Below are positions 62,616 through 64,000 of a DNA stretch of 64,000 nt, piece after piece. The first letter of the stretch is position 1, and each line of letters starts with the position of its first letter. The position numbers and the translations under genes were made by a program. Under the pieces are notes generated by a model. That model did no database searches and was not told the origin of the DNA. It was given only the letters and a program-made list of their open reading frames with translations. Source of the DNA: Ectothiorhodospiraceae bacterium (GTDB lineage Bacteria > Pseudomonadota > Gammaproteobacteria > GCA-002705445 > GCA-002716945); the NCBI GenBank assembly GCA_019651095.1, contig BOXR01000001.1, positions 32,405 through 96,404 on the forward strand. Reading direction: 5' to 3'.

Positions 62616-63716
62616 ATGTTTGTAGAAGAAAAAAAAATTCATATAAGTAGGCCGCTCGAACTTAACTCAGGGAAAGTATTATTAGCCTATGATTTAATGT
62701 ACGAGACCTATGGTCAACTTAATGATGATAAAAGTAATGCAGTCTTGGTATGTCATGCACTTTCTGGAAACCATCATGTTGCGGGTTTACATAAAGGCGA
62801 TGAAAAACCTGGGTGGTGGGATAATATGATAGGTTCTGGTAAACCCATAAATACAGATAAACTTTTCGTTGTCTGTATGAATAATTTAGGAGGCTGTCAT
62901 GGCTCAACAGGGCCTACCAGCATTAATGAAGAAACGAATGATCCATATGGCTTTGAGTTCCCGATTGTTACAGTTCAAGATTGGGTAAATAGTCAGAAAG
63001 TCTTGATGGATGAATTCGGTATAGATAAATGGCAATTTATAATTGGTGGAAGCTTAGGTGGAATGCAAGCATTACAATGGTCTCTTGATTATCCAGATAA
63101 TGTCAATAATGCAATTATAATTGCAGCCTCGCCGAAATTAACTGCACAGAATATCGCCTTCAATGAAGTTGCAAGACAAGCTATCACAAGTGATCCAGAT
63201 TGGTGTGGTGGTAATTATATAAAGGAAAACAAGATACCTAAAAGAGGCCTTGCTCTCGCCAGAATGTTAGGGCATATCACGTATCTATCAGATGAATCAA
63301 TGGCTAAGAAATTTGGCAGAGATCTCAAACAAGATAAAATCAATTTTAATTTCGATGTAGAATTTCAGATAGAAAGTTATTTAAGATATCAAGGTGAAAA
63401 GTTTGTAACTTCTTTTGATGCAAATACGTACCTACTTATGACTAAAGCATTAGATTATTTTGATCCCTTCAATGAGATTGATTTTGTCGAGAGAATGAGC
63501 AAATCTAGATCAAGATTTCTTGTTATTTCATTCACCTCAGACTGGAGATTTCCTCCGAGGAGATCTGAGGAAATTGTAAAGACTTTGATTAAGCTTAATA
63601 AAGATGTTTCTTATGCCTGTATAAAGTCTGATGGAGGACATGATGCATTTCTTATGAAAAATGATAATTATTTCGAAATCATGAGAACTTATATTGAGGC
63701 TAATATAAATGGCTAG
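62616..63716 (+). CDS. metX: homoserine O-acyltransferase (MetX)
   Basis: [17 protein letters not shown]...[12 protein letters not shown]...GHDAFL. Confidence 0.94.
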   Translation: MFVEEKKIHISRPLELNSGKVLLAYDLMYETYGQLNDDKSNAVLVCHALSGNHHVAGLHKGDEKPGWWDNMIGSGKPINTDKLFVVCMNNLGGCHGSTGPTSINEETNDPYGFEFPIVTVQDWVNSQKVLMDEFGIDKWQFIIGGSLGGMQALQWSLDYPDNVNNAIIIAASPKLTAQNIAFNEVARQAITSDPDWCGGNYIKENKIPKRGLALARMLGHITYLSDESMAKKFGRDLKQDKINFNFDVEFQIESYLRYQGEKFVTSFDANTYLLMTKALDYFDPFNEIDFVERMSKSRSRFLVISFTSDWRFPPRRSEEIVKTLIKLNKDVSYACIKSDGGHDAFLMKNDNYFEIMRTYIEANING

Positions 63717-64000
63717 AAAAGACTTTGATTTAATCACTGAATGGGTAGAACCTGACTCTCGTATCTTGGACCTTGGCTGTGGTGATGGTAGCCTTTTGAA
63801 ACTATTGAATAAAAAAAGAAATACCTCAGGGTATGGGGTAGACACATCGATTGACAAAACTATAAAATCACTTGATAACACAATAAATATAATAAATGCC
63901 GATATTAACGATCATATGGATTTTTTCAAAGACAAAAGTTTTGATTATGTAATTCTAGCTCAGTCCTTACAGGTTGTTGATAATCCTGTATCACTTATAA
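63709..64000 (+). CDS. metW: methionine biosynthesis protein MetW (runs off window end)
   Basis: Own translation gives [33 protein letters not shown]... Its ATG overlaps the metX 3' end. Confidence 0.88.
   Translation, partial: MARKDFDLITEWVEPDSRILDLGCGDGSLLKLLNKKRNTSGYGVDTSIDKTIKSLDNTINIINADINDHMDFFKDKSFDYVILAQSLQVVDNPVSLI

Overview
AT-rich (about one third G+C by eye), very gene-dense core-genome segment of a gammaproteobacterium. The gene order fits that class: fxsA-groES-groEL, cutA-dsbD, aroQ-accB-accC, fis-purH-purD, tsaD<>rpsU, yggS-proC-yggT-metX-metW. A sat-aprM-aprB-aprA sulfite-oxidation module and an aa3-type cytochrome c oxidase cluster suggest a streamlined marine sulfur oxidiser of the SUP05/Thioglobus type, but that placement is inference only. 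I annotate about 76 genes, nearly all housekeeping. I saw no tRNA, rRNA, CRISPR array, transposase, integrase, phage gene or defence-island signature, so I do not think this window holds a self-contained novel system. The dominant anomaly is global: at least 23 conserved genes, many essential (groEL, rho, dnaG, rpoH, accC, coaD, plsY), are broken by single-base frame changes. Most of the sites I traced base by base lie in short homopolymer runs, and I read these mainly as sequence-quality artefacts. The likely exceptions are one densely decayed epimerase-like gene and one in-frame TAG in folB. Secondary points: an uncharacterised ORF start-stop coupled to aprA; a sigma32-type promoter abutting a CIRCE operator at groESL; all eight convergent gene junctions abutting or overlapping; a membrane desaturase with a transposase-like C-terminal tail; a Sco-like CxxxC protein in the cox cluster; a divergent esterase upstream of bioC; and a split rpsU...dnaG operon.
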